A stretch of DNA of 64,000 bases from Alphaproteobacteria bacterium (lineage in GTDB: Bacteria; Pseudomonadota; Alphaproteobacteria; GCA-2731375): contig CBDDBZ010000018.1 of assembly GCA_965225945.1 (NCBI GenBank), positions 23,207 through 87,206 of the forward strand. The letters run 5' to 3'. The notes beneath the pieces are model-generated. The model did not search any database, was not told where the DNA came from, and saw only the letters and a list, made by a program, of their open reading frames with translations. Positions 50,282 through 62,028 of this stretch are shown here, piece after piece; within the stretch, counting starts at the first letter, position 1; each line of letters starts with the position of its first letter. Both the position numbers and the translations under genes were made by a program.

Positions 50282-50722
50282 ATGAAGAACACCGCCCGCC
50301 TGTTCAACTGCGCCTCGTGCCATCAACAGGTGGTTCTCTGCCGGCACTGCGACCACGGCAACATCTACTGTTCACGGAGCTGCAGCGATCGGGTGCGCCG
50401 GCGATCGCAGCGCCATGCCGGGCAGCGCTACCAGAACAGCCGGCGGGGCCGTCACAAGCATGCTGAGCGCCAGCGGCGCTATCGCGAACGCCGGCGGCGC
50501 CGGACGCCGGTGAATCGGCGCCGCGGGCAGGAAGTGACGCATCACCCTTTGACCGCCGCGCGGCGGCGTCCTGTTGTGGTGCGGACGCCGGCAGGGCGTC
50601 CCGGAACACGGCCCTTCGGGCACGAGCGGCCCGCCAGGGTCTTCCGCTGCGATCGCTGCGGCCGGTTCTGCGGGCAGGCGGTCTATCCGGGGCTGCGCCC
50701 GACGGGAAAGGGGGTGAGATGA
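50282..50722 (+). CDS. Cys/Arg-rich putative zinc-binding protein
   Basis: CASC, CRHC, CSRSC, CDRC..C and a basic helix; ATGA overlap with istA. Confidence 0.72.
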   Translation: MKNTARLFNCASCHQQVVLCRHCDHGNIYCSRSCSDRVRRRSQRHAGQRYQNSRRGRHKHAERQRRYRERRRRRTPVNRRRGQEVTHHPLTAARRRPVVVRTPAGRPGTRPFGHERPARVFRCDRCGRFCGQAVYPGLRPTGKGVR

Positions 50723-52224
50723 CCATCGACAAGGAGACCCGCGCGGAGATCCTGCGCCTGTATCACGTCGAGAAGTGGACGGTCGGCACGATCACACGCC
50801 AGCTCGGCGTGCATCGCTACACCGTCGAGCGCCTCCTCACCGCGGCCGGCGAGCCCCGGGACGCGAGGTCGCCCAGGCCGTCGATGATCGATCCATACGT
50901 GCCGTTCATCGCCGAGACGCTGGCATCCTGGCCGACGCTGCCCGCCAGCCGGCTCTACCAGATGGTGCGCGAACGCGGCTATCCGGGCGGCGGCGACCAC
51001 TTCCGTCATCTGCTCAGCCACTTCAGGCCCAGGCCCGTGGCCGAGGCCTATCTGCGCCTCAAGACCCTTCCCGGCGAGCAGGCCCAGGTCGACTGGGGAC
51101 ACTTCGGCAAGGTGACGATCGGCCGCGCGGAGCGCCGCCTGATGGGCTTCGTGATGGTTCTCAGCTACTCGCGGCGGATCTTCCTGCGCTTCTACCTCGA
51201 CGCCGGGATGAGCAACTTCCTGCGCGGCCATGTCGAAGCCTTCGAGGCGTGGCAGGGCGTGCCCCGCGAGCTCTGGTACGACAACCTGAAGAGCGTCGTG
51301 CTGGAGCGCCGCGGCGCCGCCATCCGGTTCAATCCCCGGATCCTCGACCTCGCCGGCCACTACCACTTCCTGCCCAAGCCCGTCGCGGTCGCGCGCGGCA
51401 ACGAGAAGGGGCGCGTGGAGCGGGCGATTCGCTATGTCCGGACCAGCTTCTTCGCCGCCCGCCGGTGGCGCGATATCGACGATCTCAACGCCCAGGCCCT
51501 GGCCTGGTGCCACGGCATCGCCGCCGACCGCCCCTGGCCCGAAGACCGCTCGATCACCGTGCGCGAGGCCTTCGAGCGGGAACGCGGCTCTCTCATCGCG
51601 CTGCCCGGCGATCCCTTCCCCGACCACGACCGGGTCGAGGTCGCCATCGGCAAGACCCCCTACGCCCGCTTCGATCTCAACGATTACAGCGTGCCGCACA
51701 CCCATGTGCGGCGCACCCTCGTCGTGGTCGCGACGCTCGACGAGGTGCGCATCCTCGACGGTGTGGACGTCATCGCCAGCCATCCGCGCAGCTTCGACAA
51801 GGCGGCCCGCATCGAGAACCCCGAGCACATCGCCGAGCTGGTCAGGCGCAAGAGCCATGCCCGCCGCCTTCGCGGCCAGGACCGGCTGGTCCAGGCCGCG
51901 CCCAACAGCGAGCGCCTGCTCGCCGAGGCCGCCCAGCGCGGCGGCTATATAGGCGCCACCGTCGCCGCCCTGTTGCGCCTCCTCGACGCCTACGGCGCCG
52001 CCGAGCTCGAGGCGGCCATCGACGAGGCCCTGAAGCGGGACGTTCCCCATCCCAACGCCGTGCGCCTGAGCCTGACCCGGCGGCGCGAGCTGCGGCACCA
52101 ACCCCCGCCCATCCCCGTCGAACTGCCCGGCGATCCGAGAGTGCGCGACATCACTGTCCGCGATCACGACCTCGTCGGATACGACGGGCTGGCCGGCGAA
52201 CCCGAGGAGGACAGCGAGCAATGA
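50719..52224 (+). CDS. istA: IS21 transposase
   Basis: [23 protein letters not shown], Mu-like C-terminal NDYSVP. Confidence 0.94.
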   Translation: MTIDKETRAEILRLYHVEKWTVGTITRQLGVHRYTVERLLTAAGEPRDARSPRPSMIDPYVPFIAETLASWPTLPASRLYQMVRERGYPGGGDHFRHLLSHFRPRPVAEAYLRLKTLPGEQAQVDWGHFGKVTIGRAERRLMGFVMVLSYSRRIFLRFYLDAGMSNFLRGHVEAFEAWQGVPRELWYDNLKSVVLERRGAAIRFNPRILDLAGHYHFLPKPVAVARGNEKGRVERAIRYVRTSFFAARRWRDIDDLNAQALAWCHGIAADRPWPEDRSITVREAFERERGSLIALPGDPFPDHDRVEVAIGKTPYARFDLNDYSVPHTHVRRTLVVVATLDEVRILDGVDVIASHPRSFDKAARIENPEHIAELVRRKSHARRLRGQDRLVQAAPNSERLLAEAAQRGGYIGATVAALLRLLDAYGAAELEAAIDEALKRDVPHPNAVRLSLTRRRELRHQPPPIPVELPGDPRVRDITVRDHDLVGYDGLAGEPEEDSEQ

Positions 52225-53009
52225 ACGATACCCTCATGGGCCGTGCCCGGGCGCTCGGCCTGCACGGCCTCGCCGCCCACTGGGGCGAGGTCGCCGGGCA
52301 TGACTGGCCCGCTGCGCTGGTCGCCTGGGAAGAGGAGGAACGGCGAAGCCGCAGCCTCAAGCGCCGCCTCGGCGACGCCCGCCTCGGACAGTTCAAGCCG
52401 CTCGCCGACTTCGACTGGGCATGGCCGCGCCGCTGCGACCGCATGGCCGTCGAGGATCTCATGAGCCTCGAGTTCCTCAACGAGGCCGCCAACGTCGTCC
52501 TGGTCGGCCCAAACGGCGTCGGCAAGTCGACCATCGCCGCCAATATCGCCCACCGCGCCGTCCTCGAGGGCCACACCGTGCGCTTCGCCACCGCGGCCAG
52601 CATGCTCGGCGAGCTCGCCGCCCTCGACAGCGACACCCTGCTTCAGCGCAGGCTGCGCTTCTACGCCCGCCAGCACCTGCTGGTGATCGACGAGGTCGGA
52701 TACCTGTCCTACAGCAACCGCCATGCCGATCTGCTGTTCAACATCGTCTCCAGCCGCAGCCAGCAGAACTCCACCATAATCACCACCAACCGGCCCTTCG
52801 CCGAGTGGGGTGAGGCCTTCCCCAACGCCGCCTGCCTCGTCGCCCTGGTCGACCGCCTCGTCCACAACGCCGAGATCATCGCCATCGACGCCGAGTCCTG
52901 GCGCCGCAAGGAGGCCGAGGAACGCCAGAAGCAGCGCAGCGCCGAGCGCCGCCGGCGGCGAGCCGGCAAGGCCGGCGCGCAGGACCGCGGGGAACCGCCG
53001 CCGGCGTAG
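52221..53009 (+). CDS. istB: IS21 helper ATPase
   Basis: [34 protein letters not shown]; ATGA overlap with istA. Confidence 0.94.
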   Translation: MNDTLMGRARALGLHGLAAHWGEVAGHDWPAALVAWEEEERRSRSLKRRLGDARLGQFKPLADFDWAWPRRCDRMAVEDLMSLEFLNEAANVVLVGPNGVGKSTIAANIAHRAVLEGHTVRFATAASMLGELAALDSDTLLQRRLRFYARQHLLVIDEVGYLSYSNRHADLLFNIVSSRSQQNSTIITTNRPFAEWGEAFPNAACLVALVDRLVHNAEIIAIDAESWRRKEAEERQKQRSAERRRRRAGKAGAQDRGEPPPA

Positions 53010-53011
53010 CC

Positions 53012-53902
53012 ATGGATGGTCCCCGCCTCTGGGACCGGCGGGTGCGGGCCGAGGCCCTGCGAGGCTATCCCCTCGAAGACGTCGTCCGCCGCCTCGGCTA
53101 CCGCCGCGATCCCACCGATGCCGCGCGCTGGAGGCGTCCCGGATCCGTCGTCAGCATCAACGGCTTTATGTTCTACGAACATCTGCGCGGCGGGGGCGGA
53201 GCGATCGACCTGGTAATCCATGCCTGCCGGTGCACCGTGCCCGAGGCCCTCGGCTTCTTCTCGGAACTGCCGTGCCGTGACCGGTTCCCGGCCGATCGCC
53301 ACCCGAAGCCGCCGTGCCCGGACCGCCACTGGCCCGCCATCCAGAGCTACCTCGTCGAGCAGCGCGGCCTCGCGGATGTGCTCGTCGCCCTGTGCCGCGA
53401 CCTCGGCTTGCTCTACGCCGACCGCCACGGCAACGCCGTGTTCGTCCGCCGAAACGCGGCCGGCGAGGCTCTCGGCGCCGAGATCGTCCCTGCCGCGGCG
53501 CCACGCCGCCTCGCGCCGACCGGCGCCGCCGCGCGCGGCGGCTTCTGGATGTCGTGGGAACCCGACTGGCCGAACTCCGTCATCCTCGCCAAGAACGCAA
53601 TCGACGCCCTGTCGGTCCTCTCCCTCCACCTCGTCCCGGCCGGGCGCAAGGGATGCGCCGTGGTCTCAACCGGCGGCGCCACCGCAAGCCTCCCCGAATG
53701 GATCGAGGCCTGGAACCCCGGCCGGATCTTCTGCGCCTACGACGCCACCCGCCAGGGCGATGACGCCGCGGCACGGCTCATCCGAAACGACAGCAGGGTC
53801 GTCCGCCTGCGCCCTGCCCTCGACGGCCTGGACTGGAACGACATGCTCATGCGCGACCGCGCCGGCGAACCGCTCCAGATCGATGACCGGCCCCTCGACT
53901 GA
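53012..53902 (+). CDS. DUF3991 + Toprim-like (primase-related) protein
   Basis: GGGAIDLV, YLVEQRGL...LLYADRHGNAVF, AIDALS, CAYD, DWNDML. Confidence 0.75.
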   Translation: MDGPRLWDRRVRAEALRGYPLEDVVRRLGYRRDPTDAARWRRPGSVVSINGFMFYEHLRGGGGAIDLVIHACRCTVPEALGFFSELPCRDRFPADRHPKPPCPDRHWPAIQSYLVEQRGLADVLVALCRDLGLLYADRHGNAVFVRRNAAGEALGAEIVPAAAPRRLAPTGAAARGGFWMSWEPDWPNSVILAKNAIDALSVLSLHLVPAGRKGCAVVSTGGATASLPEWIEAWNPGRIFCAYDATRQGDDAAARLIRNDSRVVRLRPALDGLDWNDMLMRDRAGEPLQIDDRPLD

Positions 53903-54290
53903 ATAGCCACAGCGCGAAACAAAATCAGCCAAGCCCAAAAGCATCCCGTCAGCCAACCGCCACCGACCGCTCAAAAAGAGCACCATATAAGCGCACCCTG
54001 GAACCACCGCTAACATGACGTTCCAGGCACTCTATCACTAATGCATACAATTCACGAATTGAGCCTATGAGTTTGCGTAAGAGTTAAGCCGACAATTGCA
54101 GTCATGCGCGCGCAGGGATGCGCTGAGGTGTGATAATTGCCTATTTTACAAGGCGTTTGTGGACGGTGCAAGAGCCGATTACCATGACAACCGTGCGCAC
54201 GGATGCGCAGAGTTTGTAATCCTGATGATTCCCATGCGATTCCCAGTATGATATGGTGCTTCCCATTGCCGGACACACCGGGGATCCGCC

Positions 54291-55463
54291 ATGCCCGCTC
54301 AGATCAAGATCACCAAGCGAACCGTCGACAGGATCACCGGCGACGGATCGGACAAGTTCTATTGGGACGATGATCTCCCCGGTTTCGGCCTGCGTGTCCG
54401 CGCCTCGGGGCGCAAGTATTACGTCGTCCAGTTTCGCGCCAACGGGCGGCTGCGCCGCATGACCCTGGGCCGCCATGGGGCGGTGACGCCGGAGACCGCA
54501 CGGCGGCGTGCCATGGCGCTTATCTCGGAGGCCAAGGGCGGTAAGGATCCGGCCGCCCTCCGGGACAAGGGCCGCAAGGCGGCAACGATGAAGGTGCTCG
54601 GCAGGCGGTTTTTGGAAGAGTACGTCCCGGTTCATTGCAAGCCGAGCACGGCCTACGAGTACCAGCGTTCGGTGAAGTTCTTCATCGACCCCAGGATCGG
54701 AACCCGCAAGGTGACGGAGATCCAGCGGAGCGACATCGCCGAACTGCACCATGGCATGCGGGAGACTCCCTATCAGGCCAACCGGACCCTCGGGGTGCTT
54801 TCAAAGATGTTCAACTTGGCCGAGTTGTGGGGCCTGCGCCCGGACGGCTCGAACCCCTGCCTGCACGTCAAGCGCTACAAGGAGGAGAAGCGCGAGCGGT
54901 TCTTGAACGCGGAGGAATTCACCCGGCTCGGCCGGGTTCTCGACGAGATTCTGGCGGACGGCTCGGAGACCCGCTCGGCGGTAGCCGCGATCCGTCTCCT
55001 GATGCTGACCGGCTGCCGGCTGTCGGAGATCCAGAAGCTGCGCTGGGAGCATGTCGACCTCGATGCGGGCGAGCTTCGGCTCCCGGACACCAAGACGGGC
55101 GGGCGGGCGGTTCCGCTGGCGCCCTCCGCCGTTCGGTTGCTGACCTCCCTGCCTCGTGATGAGGACAACCCGTGGGTGATCGCGGGCCGCAAGCCGGGCT
55201 GGCACCTCACCGACCTGCAGCACCCTTGGCGGCGCATCCGTGGACGCGCCGGACTCGACGACGTGCGCATTCACGACCTCCGACATTCGTTCGCTTCCCG
55301 CGCGCTGGCGCTCGGCGAGGGCTTGCCGATGATCGGCAAATTGCTCGGACACACGCAGGTCCAGACGACCGCTCGGTACGCCCATCTTGCCCGTGACACC
55401 GTCAAGGCATCCGCCGCGCGCATCGGAGACAGCATCGACCGAGACCTCGATGCCGCGGAATAG
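54291..55463 (+). CDS. Tyrosine recombinase/integrase with N-terminal arm-binding domain
   Basis: WDDDLPGFGLRV, TGCRLSE, DTKTG, HDLRHSF, LLGH, TARYAH. Confidence 0.94.
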   Translation: MPAQIKITKRTVDRITGDGSDKFYWDDDLPGFGLRVRASGRKYYVVQFRANGRLRRMTLGRHGAVTPETARRRAMALISEAKGGKDPAALRDKGRKAATMKVLGRRFLEEYVPVHCKPSTAYEYQRSVKFFIDPRIGTRKVTEIQRSDIAELHHGMRETPYQANRTLGVLSKMFNLAELWGLRPDGSNPCLHVKRYKEEKRERFLNAEEFTRLGRVLDEILADGSETRSAVAAIRLLMLTGCRLSEIQKLRWEHVDLDAGELRLPDTKTGGRAVPLAPSAVRLLTSLPRDEDNPWVIAGRKPGWHLTDLQHPWRRIRGRAGLDDVRIHDLRHSFASRALALGEGLPMIGKLLGHTQVQTTARYAHLARDTVKASAARIGDSIDRDLDAAE

Positions 55464-55498
55464 CGCAGCATCCGAGACCCCACAGATCGGAATGGCCT

Positions 55499-55920
55499 TT
55501 ATCCCCAGATCCGAAAATCCAAGAAACCCGCCGGTGTCAAAATCGGAATATCGTTAAACGGAGACATCTCCAGGAGGTCCCGATCGCCCGTAACTAGACA
55601 ATCCGCTTCTCCCATCAGCGCCGTCTCGAGCAGCTGTCATCATCCGGATCGCGACATCCGAGCTTCGCGCCAGCGATCGAAACCCATTCCGAGACCGCTT
55701 CGAGTTGAGCCAGATAAACCGCTCTGACTTCCCGGCCAACGTATCGGTCGAACTTCGGGCGATGGAAACGGCTTCGAAGCTCCTCGAACGTCTCGTCGGA
55801 AAACAGCAGCACACCGTTCGCCGACCGCACCGCATCCACAACCGTTCGGGGCGGCCCGTCCAGGCGAAGCACTGCGCTGATCAGGACATTGGTGTCAAGA
55901 ACAACGCGCTCAGCTTTCAT
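55499..55920 (-). pseudogene. PIN-domain toxin, frameshifted
   Basis: VVLDTNVLIS...CRDPDDD, then a 1-nt shift near 55635 continuing LLETALMGEADCLVTGDRDLL. Confidence 0.85.
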
Positions 55921-56163
55921 CCGCCAGAAGCGTCTCCAGCCCGGCCTCCGTCAAGCCGTTCGCGGAAGCTTCCTCACCCAAGGCGTCCATCGTCATTGTC
56001 AGACGCTCCCAGGCGGCGCCGCGAAGCCGCTCATAGTGTTGCATAGACATCATCACGCCGACCCCGCCCTGCCATTCTTGGTCACGGGCACCGGCGCACT
56101 CTGCGCGGCATCGAGCAAGTAGCCGAAGCGGTTCTTGGCGTCCCTGGCGGCAATCTTTCTCAT
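55910..56163 (-). pseudogene. Phd/YefM antitoxin, frameshifted
   Basis: MRKIAARDAKNRFGYLLDAAQSAPVPVTKNGR, shift in a G run near 56062, then VGVMMSMQHYERLR. Confidence 0.82.
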
Positions 56164-56209
56164 AAGAGCCATAATAGATAACATGGCCTCATTTTACAAT
56201 TGCACCTAC

Positions 56210-56634
56210 TGAGCTGGTCCCACATTGTTGGACAGCTTGGCAGCGCAGTTAAGGTGTATTCCGGTTTCTGATCATGCTGCCAAAATCGTGTTTATCACAT
56301 CCTGCTGCTGTTGTTGAGCCTGTGGGGATGTGGGTAAGCCGTGAGGCTTATCCATCATATCCACGGGCTGCCCGGCGCCGTAGGCTTCCGCCGGCGTTTG
56401 ACCGCCGAGGGACGAATGGGGCAGCTCGGTGTTGTAGAAGTCGATCCACTCGCCGATGACCCGTTCGGCCGCGAAGCCGTCGGTCGGCTCGTGCAGGTAG
56501 ACCGCCTCGTATTTCAGCGACCGCCACAGCCGCTCGATGAAGATGTTGTCCATGCAGCGGCCGCGACCGTCCATGGAGATGCGCACGCCGGCGTTTTTGA
56601 GGACGCCGGTGAAGTCGAAGCCGGTGAACTGGCT
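56210..56634 (-). mobile_element. Truncated IS3-family element (right end + OrfB C-terminus)
   Basis: SQFT, ISMDGRGRCMDNIFIERLWRSLKYE, FYN..PHSSL; terminal TGAGCTGGTCCCACATTGTTGGACAG. Confidence 0.88.
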
Positions 56635-59600
56635 ACGGGTTGGGCGAGTGCCGTCGATTAGGCTCTTGGCCGAATCCGGGTAAATAGGCTTCCGGCGTTT
56701 CCGTAGGCGATAGGAAATTTCAAGCACTCGATGAAAATACCGCGCCGCGGTCCGCCCGCTCCGGCACGAAAGGCGCCCGTGGTTCGCCCCGGGCGTTATA
56801 TCTGGTAGTCCGGCCCGGGGACCTCATTGAAGCGGAACGGCCCGCGGGGAGTTGCTTCAAGACTGGACAGGAACGCGTCGACGATGACACTCAATAATGC
56901 TTTGCAGTCTTTCACTCACGCCGAGCGGCAGGCCGCGATCGCTGCATCCAAGGATCCGTGCGTCCGCCGGGCGGCAAGGGAACTGGACTCGAAAGTGGAC
57001 GATGCCGGGATCGACCCCGATGCTGCCGTCGAAGCGCATCAGCTTCTCGTCGCCGCAGTTGCGGACGCCCTCGCAGTCTTGGCGCCGGACGCCCCAGAAA
57101 AGGTGGGCGACTTCGCCATGCAGGCCGCGCTGTTCGCTGTCGGCGCGCCCGTCTTCTTGGCCCCGCCCGACACCGATTTGGCCGAGTGGATCGCCAGCAT
57201 GCCGGACGAATCGCTCGACGGCTTGCGGAACTCCATGGCCGAAACTGCGCGCGGCATGGGGGACCTTGAGACCGCCGGCAGAATAGTCGATGAGCCGAAG
57301 GAGAGCTTCGCTTCGGCTCTGGCCGGTGCCGCGCCCAACGCCGCCTCGGGGCTCATTGTTGACCTAGACACGATCGTTGACGTCCTGAACGAAAGCGAAC
57401 CGTTGGACCCGTGGGGCGAAGCCTTCAGGGTGCTGTCTGCGGACGCTGCGGGCGCCGAGGTGCGCGACGTCCGAGGCATGGCGGCGCGTCAGGCCCGATT
57501 GGTTAGGCGCCTTCGGAAATTCAACTTCCCCGCGGTAGCCGCGCTTCTGGCAGGACTGCTGACCCGGCCCGAGAACCACACGGCGACGGCCCGGATCGAA
57601 GCGCTACTCCATCTGGCCGTGCTGGCATGCCGGGGCAGGAAGAAGGGGAACCTGCGGCAATTGCGCGAGTGGCTGACCGAGATCGACGAGGACCCGATCG
57701 CGAAGCTAGAGATCCCGGTTGAGGATGTCTTTGTCTCGAATGTGGAGGCTAGTTTCGGGAACGCACGGTTGTTCCAGGGGCGCTGGGAAAACAACGCAGC
57801 ATATGTGAGAGCCTGCACCGAGACGCTGCTCAGGATCGGAGAAGAGCGTCCTTGGGTGCGGGAGGCCCTAGGACACATCATGGCTTTGCTGCGCGTGAGC
57901 GAGGCCTTGGCCGAACGGGCCGGGGCGGAGCGTTACATCCGCACGGAAAGTACGCCGGGGGAAAAGATCGTCCTCCGCGATTCAGCGGTGAAGGAATCGA
58001 GTCGTCATGTCGTCTTCAGCGACGAGGACCTGGCCGCGATAGGGGTCGGGCCGGGGGCCCTTTGCCCCTTCGTCATTCAAAACGAGCATGCGGGCTCGCT
58101 CGCCGGACAGACGATGGGTCACTCAGCGCTGGAACGTCGCCCCCTGGTGCGGCTCAAGGGGTGCACGACAGTCGCTCTCCCGACCGCGATTGGTGCAGCT
58201 GTCAGGCGTTTCGCGATTGAGCAGGCTGCGGCGGCAGGAGACCTACGGCCATTCCAATCGACATGGCACTTGGCGCAGTTTTCGGAAGCGTTCCTGTTGG
58301 GGCGGCTGGGCTGGGGCGTCGGATACATCGAGATGCCAGAGCCGGACCCCGACGACGGCATGCGGGAGTTCATCGGGACGTTCGACAAAAGCGGATATGT
58401 CCATCTGGTCTTCGTCCCGGATGATTTCGAGGCTGCCGCCGAGGCGGGGCTCGCCAGCTTCCGTCCGCTTGAGGAGCCGGTCTGCAAGCGGATCCGGGAG
58501 CGGGCGTCGGCCCTTGCGGGCAGACAGGACTACCGGAGAGGCCTGACGGTTCTCGTGCATGGCGGCGTGGGGCGGCGGTTCTCGCCGACTTTGGAAGACC
58601 TTCCAGACTTTCCGCTCGGCTGGCATCGGCTGTGCGTATCCGCGTCTGACTTCATGCTCCTGGGAAGCATGTCGGATTTCACCGCACTGCGGGCCTGGAA
58701 GCTGCTCCAGCAGGTCGACGAACTGAAGGCAAGGGGCATTCTCTTCCCAAACCTGCGCGGGTTCCCCAACCTGGTTGCCTTCGCATACCGGGTTGGCTTC
58801 GAACTCGCGCCGGAGAACATGAGCGCGGGGGCGGTGTATCTGCACAGCGACCTCATGTTGCCGATGCGCCACGAAGTGCGAACCGCCCTGGACCGTCACG
58901 CCGCAAGAGCCCCCGATGGCGAGTCATGGGTCGGCGTCCAGCGTCAGCCGGCGGGCGGCCGTTTCGACGAAATCCAGGGCCGGGAGGAATACTTCAGCCC
59001 TGCACACCTCGCCCACGGGGAGGTGTTGGCCTGCGTCGAATCTGCCTCGCGGTCATGGTGGGTCCACGCCAGTGACGGGATCCCGGAAGAACGGTGGCCT
59101 CGCGCCATCGTATTCAATGTCCTGAAGGCGGTTCTCAGCTGGCTGGCCCGCCTGGTTCCTGCATTCGAGGAGCGGTATCCCATGCTGCCTCCCGGTCCAG
59201 TCTCGTTCCGGTTCCGGTTCCCGGACATCGGGACTTTCAGCCAGAGCTGGGGTGACCTGGAGCAAACGGTGGAGGCGCCTGCTGTCGTATTGGAAGACGG
59301 AGGAATCGTGATCGGCTGCGGCCCTCGTTACCTGCAGAGTTTCCTGATGCCGGGCAATCTCGGTGACCGCCTGATAATCGCCGCGATGGCGCGAGGCTTG
59401 GAGGCGTTGTGCGGCAGCTACCCCCTTCCGGAATCGGCTATGGAGGATTGGGTGCGAACCGTGGCGGGGTCCGATGACGACCGTTTTCTCAAGATGAGAA
59501 CCAGCAGGACACCTGGCGACGTAGTCTATGATGTTGCCACGCTCCCGGAGTTGCGCCTGCCGATGCCGGAGGACCTGGCCTGGAGCCGGCTGGACCTGGC

Positions 59601-60804
59601 GAGGCTCGCGGGATACGAGGGTGAACCGGGTCCCATCCCGTCCTCGCGAGCCGGCAAGCTCCTCAATGCGGCGGTCGATGCGGTGTGGAAGCGCGTGGAA
59701 AAGCGGCTTGCAGCACTCTCCCGCGAGAGCACCGTCGAGCGAGCGCTCCTGAACTATATCTCCGCCCGTAAGGAGCACAGGGACTGGCTGCTCGCGATGG
59801 CGCCGCGGCTAGCAGTCTACGATGCGGAGCAGGTGATGGACGCCTCGACCGAGCGCGTCGCCCGACGCGACATTGCCGGCCACGCTTCCCGGGTCATTGC
59901 GGAGATGGCGCTGTGCGCGTCGCCCTGCGGCGGCGGGGCAGTTTGTACGGACAGGGATCTGGACTTCCTGATCGCGGAGGTCTGGACGCTTGTGGAATGC
60001 GCCAACCAGAGCGATGCGCTGCGTTACCGCCTCGTGGCTCGGCCACCAGTCATGCGCCCGAACGGCTCCTTCGAATTCGATGCGTCGGCCCTGCAGGTGT
60101 CATCCCCGATGATAGGCGAACGTTGGCGGCGGAAATTCCGCGACGCGGCGGAGCAACGCGGCGATGATGAAGAATTACCAGGGCCGGGATTCCAGCAGGC
60201 GTTCGCCGCTGAGTTCGGCCTCACGCCGGAACAGTATGGGGAGTTTGTCCATCGAGCGGCGATGGAGGCTGTGGACACTGGTGTGGCCTGTCTGAAGCTG
60301 CGGAGAAGCGAAGTCGTGTGGCGGTTGCTGGACGTTGGCGCGGCGGATGCGGACCGGACGTTCGAGGCGCTCGTCCTTTGCCCCAGGGACCGGTGGAATG
60401 AGACCCCGCCGGCGAACGCGGAAGCGAGGGACTGGTATCCTTGGCGGTTCAACAGGCGCCTGTCGGTACTGAGGCGGCCTCTCATCCAATTGTCCCGGGA
60501 GGACGACCCAGCTGTCATCTTGGCTCCCTCCATACTTGCCGATACGCTAGGCTATCTGGGGATGGCGGAAGTCGGTGGACGTCCCGAAACCCTCTTCGAC
60601 AGTCCTGAGATGATCGCTTTCGTTGGCGGGGCCGCAGACAGGCACGGGCATGAATTTGCCCGGAAAGTGGAGAAGCGGCTCGCCGAACTGGGTTGGATGA
60701 CGGCGAGGGAGTTGGGCCTCACGCGGTTCGGAGGCGCCGATTCGCTTGGAGACGTCGATGTCCTGTGCTGGCGCCCGTCGAGCGGTGTAGTCTATGTGGT
60801 CGAG

Positions 60805-62028
60805 CACAGTACACGACTCGTTCATGCTGGCTTTGGCCTGGGCACCTGGACTGGTGGTTTTCCGGGGACGAGGAAACGAATCAGCTCAATGGCTTGACGC
60901 CTGTCGATAGGATTGACGAGCTGTCGCCTTATCCACTCGAAACCGTATCGGAAGATGGATTTTGCCATCCTTTTGTGGGTTTTGAGGCGGATCGGCTCGG
61001 CCTCGTGGAGCCAATCGCCGACTTTGTGCGCCCAGCAGAAGGTGATGGAAAGGACGGCGGTGAGCTTGGAGATGCGCTCCGGGTCGGTCATGTGGGTGTC
61101 TTCGAGGTTGAAGCCACGGGTTTTCAAGGCGGCGAAGAGGGTCTCGATTTGCCAGCGCTGGGCGTAGTATGGCCAAGGCCTCCTCGGGCGCGTCGTTGGT
61201 CACGACGATCAACAGTTCGCCGGTCTTGAGATGGAGCGCGGCGACGAAGACGGGCCTGGCCTTGGGTTTTCTGGCCTCCGAGAGGCGCCTGGCGTTGGAG
61301 AGGATGCGGCTTTCCCCGGGTTTGAGGTCGCGAAACAGCTCCCTCGCCTTGACCATGCGACCACGCGTGTTGGCGATCTTGATGTTGGATCGGATGCGGA
61401 TGTGAAAGGGGATGGCCTTTTCCTGCAACCATGCCAGCCAGGCGTCGCCGATGAATTCCCGGTCGGCCAGGAGGCTGGCGATCTTGTCGACCCCGAAGAG
61501 CCGGAGGACGTGTTCGAGGATCGCGATCCGCTCCTTGGTATTGGAATTGCCCGCCTTGTCGAGCACCCGCCAGCACACGGGAATGGCGATGGCGCGGTTG
61601 ACGATGCCGATCATCAAGATGTTGACGTCGCGGCGACCCAGCCGCCAGTTGGTCCGGTCCATGGTCAGCCGCCACGGCCCCGCCTGGAGCCCCATCATCG
61701 CGACCAGGAACTCGGCGAGGCGATCGTAATCGAAATCGACTTGCTCGAAAAACCGTTGCAGGCGCCGATAGTTGGAGCTGGATCGCGCGCGCCCCGGAAA
61801 GTGGCAGGCCAAGTGAGAGAGGTTCACCGTCCGGGCGACGAACACGCCGAAGACCAAGACGCAAAGGCTCTCCAGACGGCTCTTGCGAAAGGCGAAGCCG
61901 CATCGTAGCGTCTCACGCAGGGCGTTGATCGGGTTGTCTCGCATGATTTCCCTCTTGACTCGTCGTGGAGTGAATCGGGAATCCTACAACCTTTTCAACG
62001 TCCTACGTAAATGCCGTCGTGTACCATG
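60805..62028 (-). mobile_element. IS4-family IS (1224 bp)
   Basis: TIRs CACAGTACACGAC / CATGGTACACGAC; 9-bp TSD GTGGTCGAG (60796-60804, 62029-62037). Confidence 0.9.
60822..61944 (-). pseudogene. IS4-family transposase with a frameshift near 61170
   Basis: MDRTNW, ADREFIG; YAQRWQIETLFAALKTRGFNLEDTH lies in another frame. Confidence 0.85.

Larger units (their letters stand above)
49881..54015 (+). mobile_element. Four-gene IS21-family element (4135 bp)
   Basis: TGT...ACA ends sharing GCGCTTA(G/T)ATGGTG at the same offset; 7-bp TSD TGACGTT (49874-49880, 54016-54022). Confidence 0.88.
48899..54065 (-). mobile_element. IS1595-family IS (about 1025 bp native) containing a nested IS21-family element
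   Basis: Perfect 23-bp TIR GGCTCAATTCGTGAATTGTATGC (48899-48921 / 54043-54065); 8-bp TSD TATGAGTT (48891-48898, 54066-54073). Confidence 0.93.

Noticed and set aside
50775-53009. 744-aa IstB or an IstA-IstB fusion
   Set aside because: The upstream part is a shadow frame of istA; IstB starts at ATG 52221 after a GAGGAGG RBS
48899-54065. A single 5.2-kb IS1595 transporter carrying cargo
   Set aside because: The inner 4.1 kb has its own ends and a 7-bp TSD, so it is a later nested insertion; it also separates the IS1595 gene from its left end
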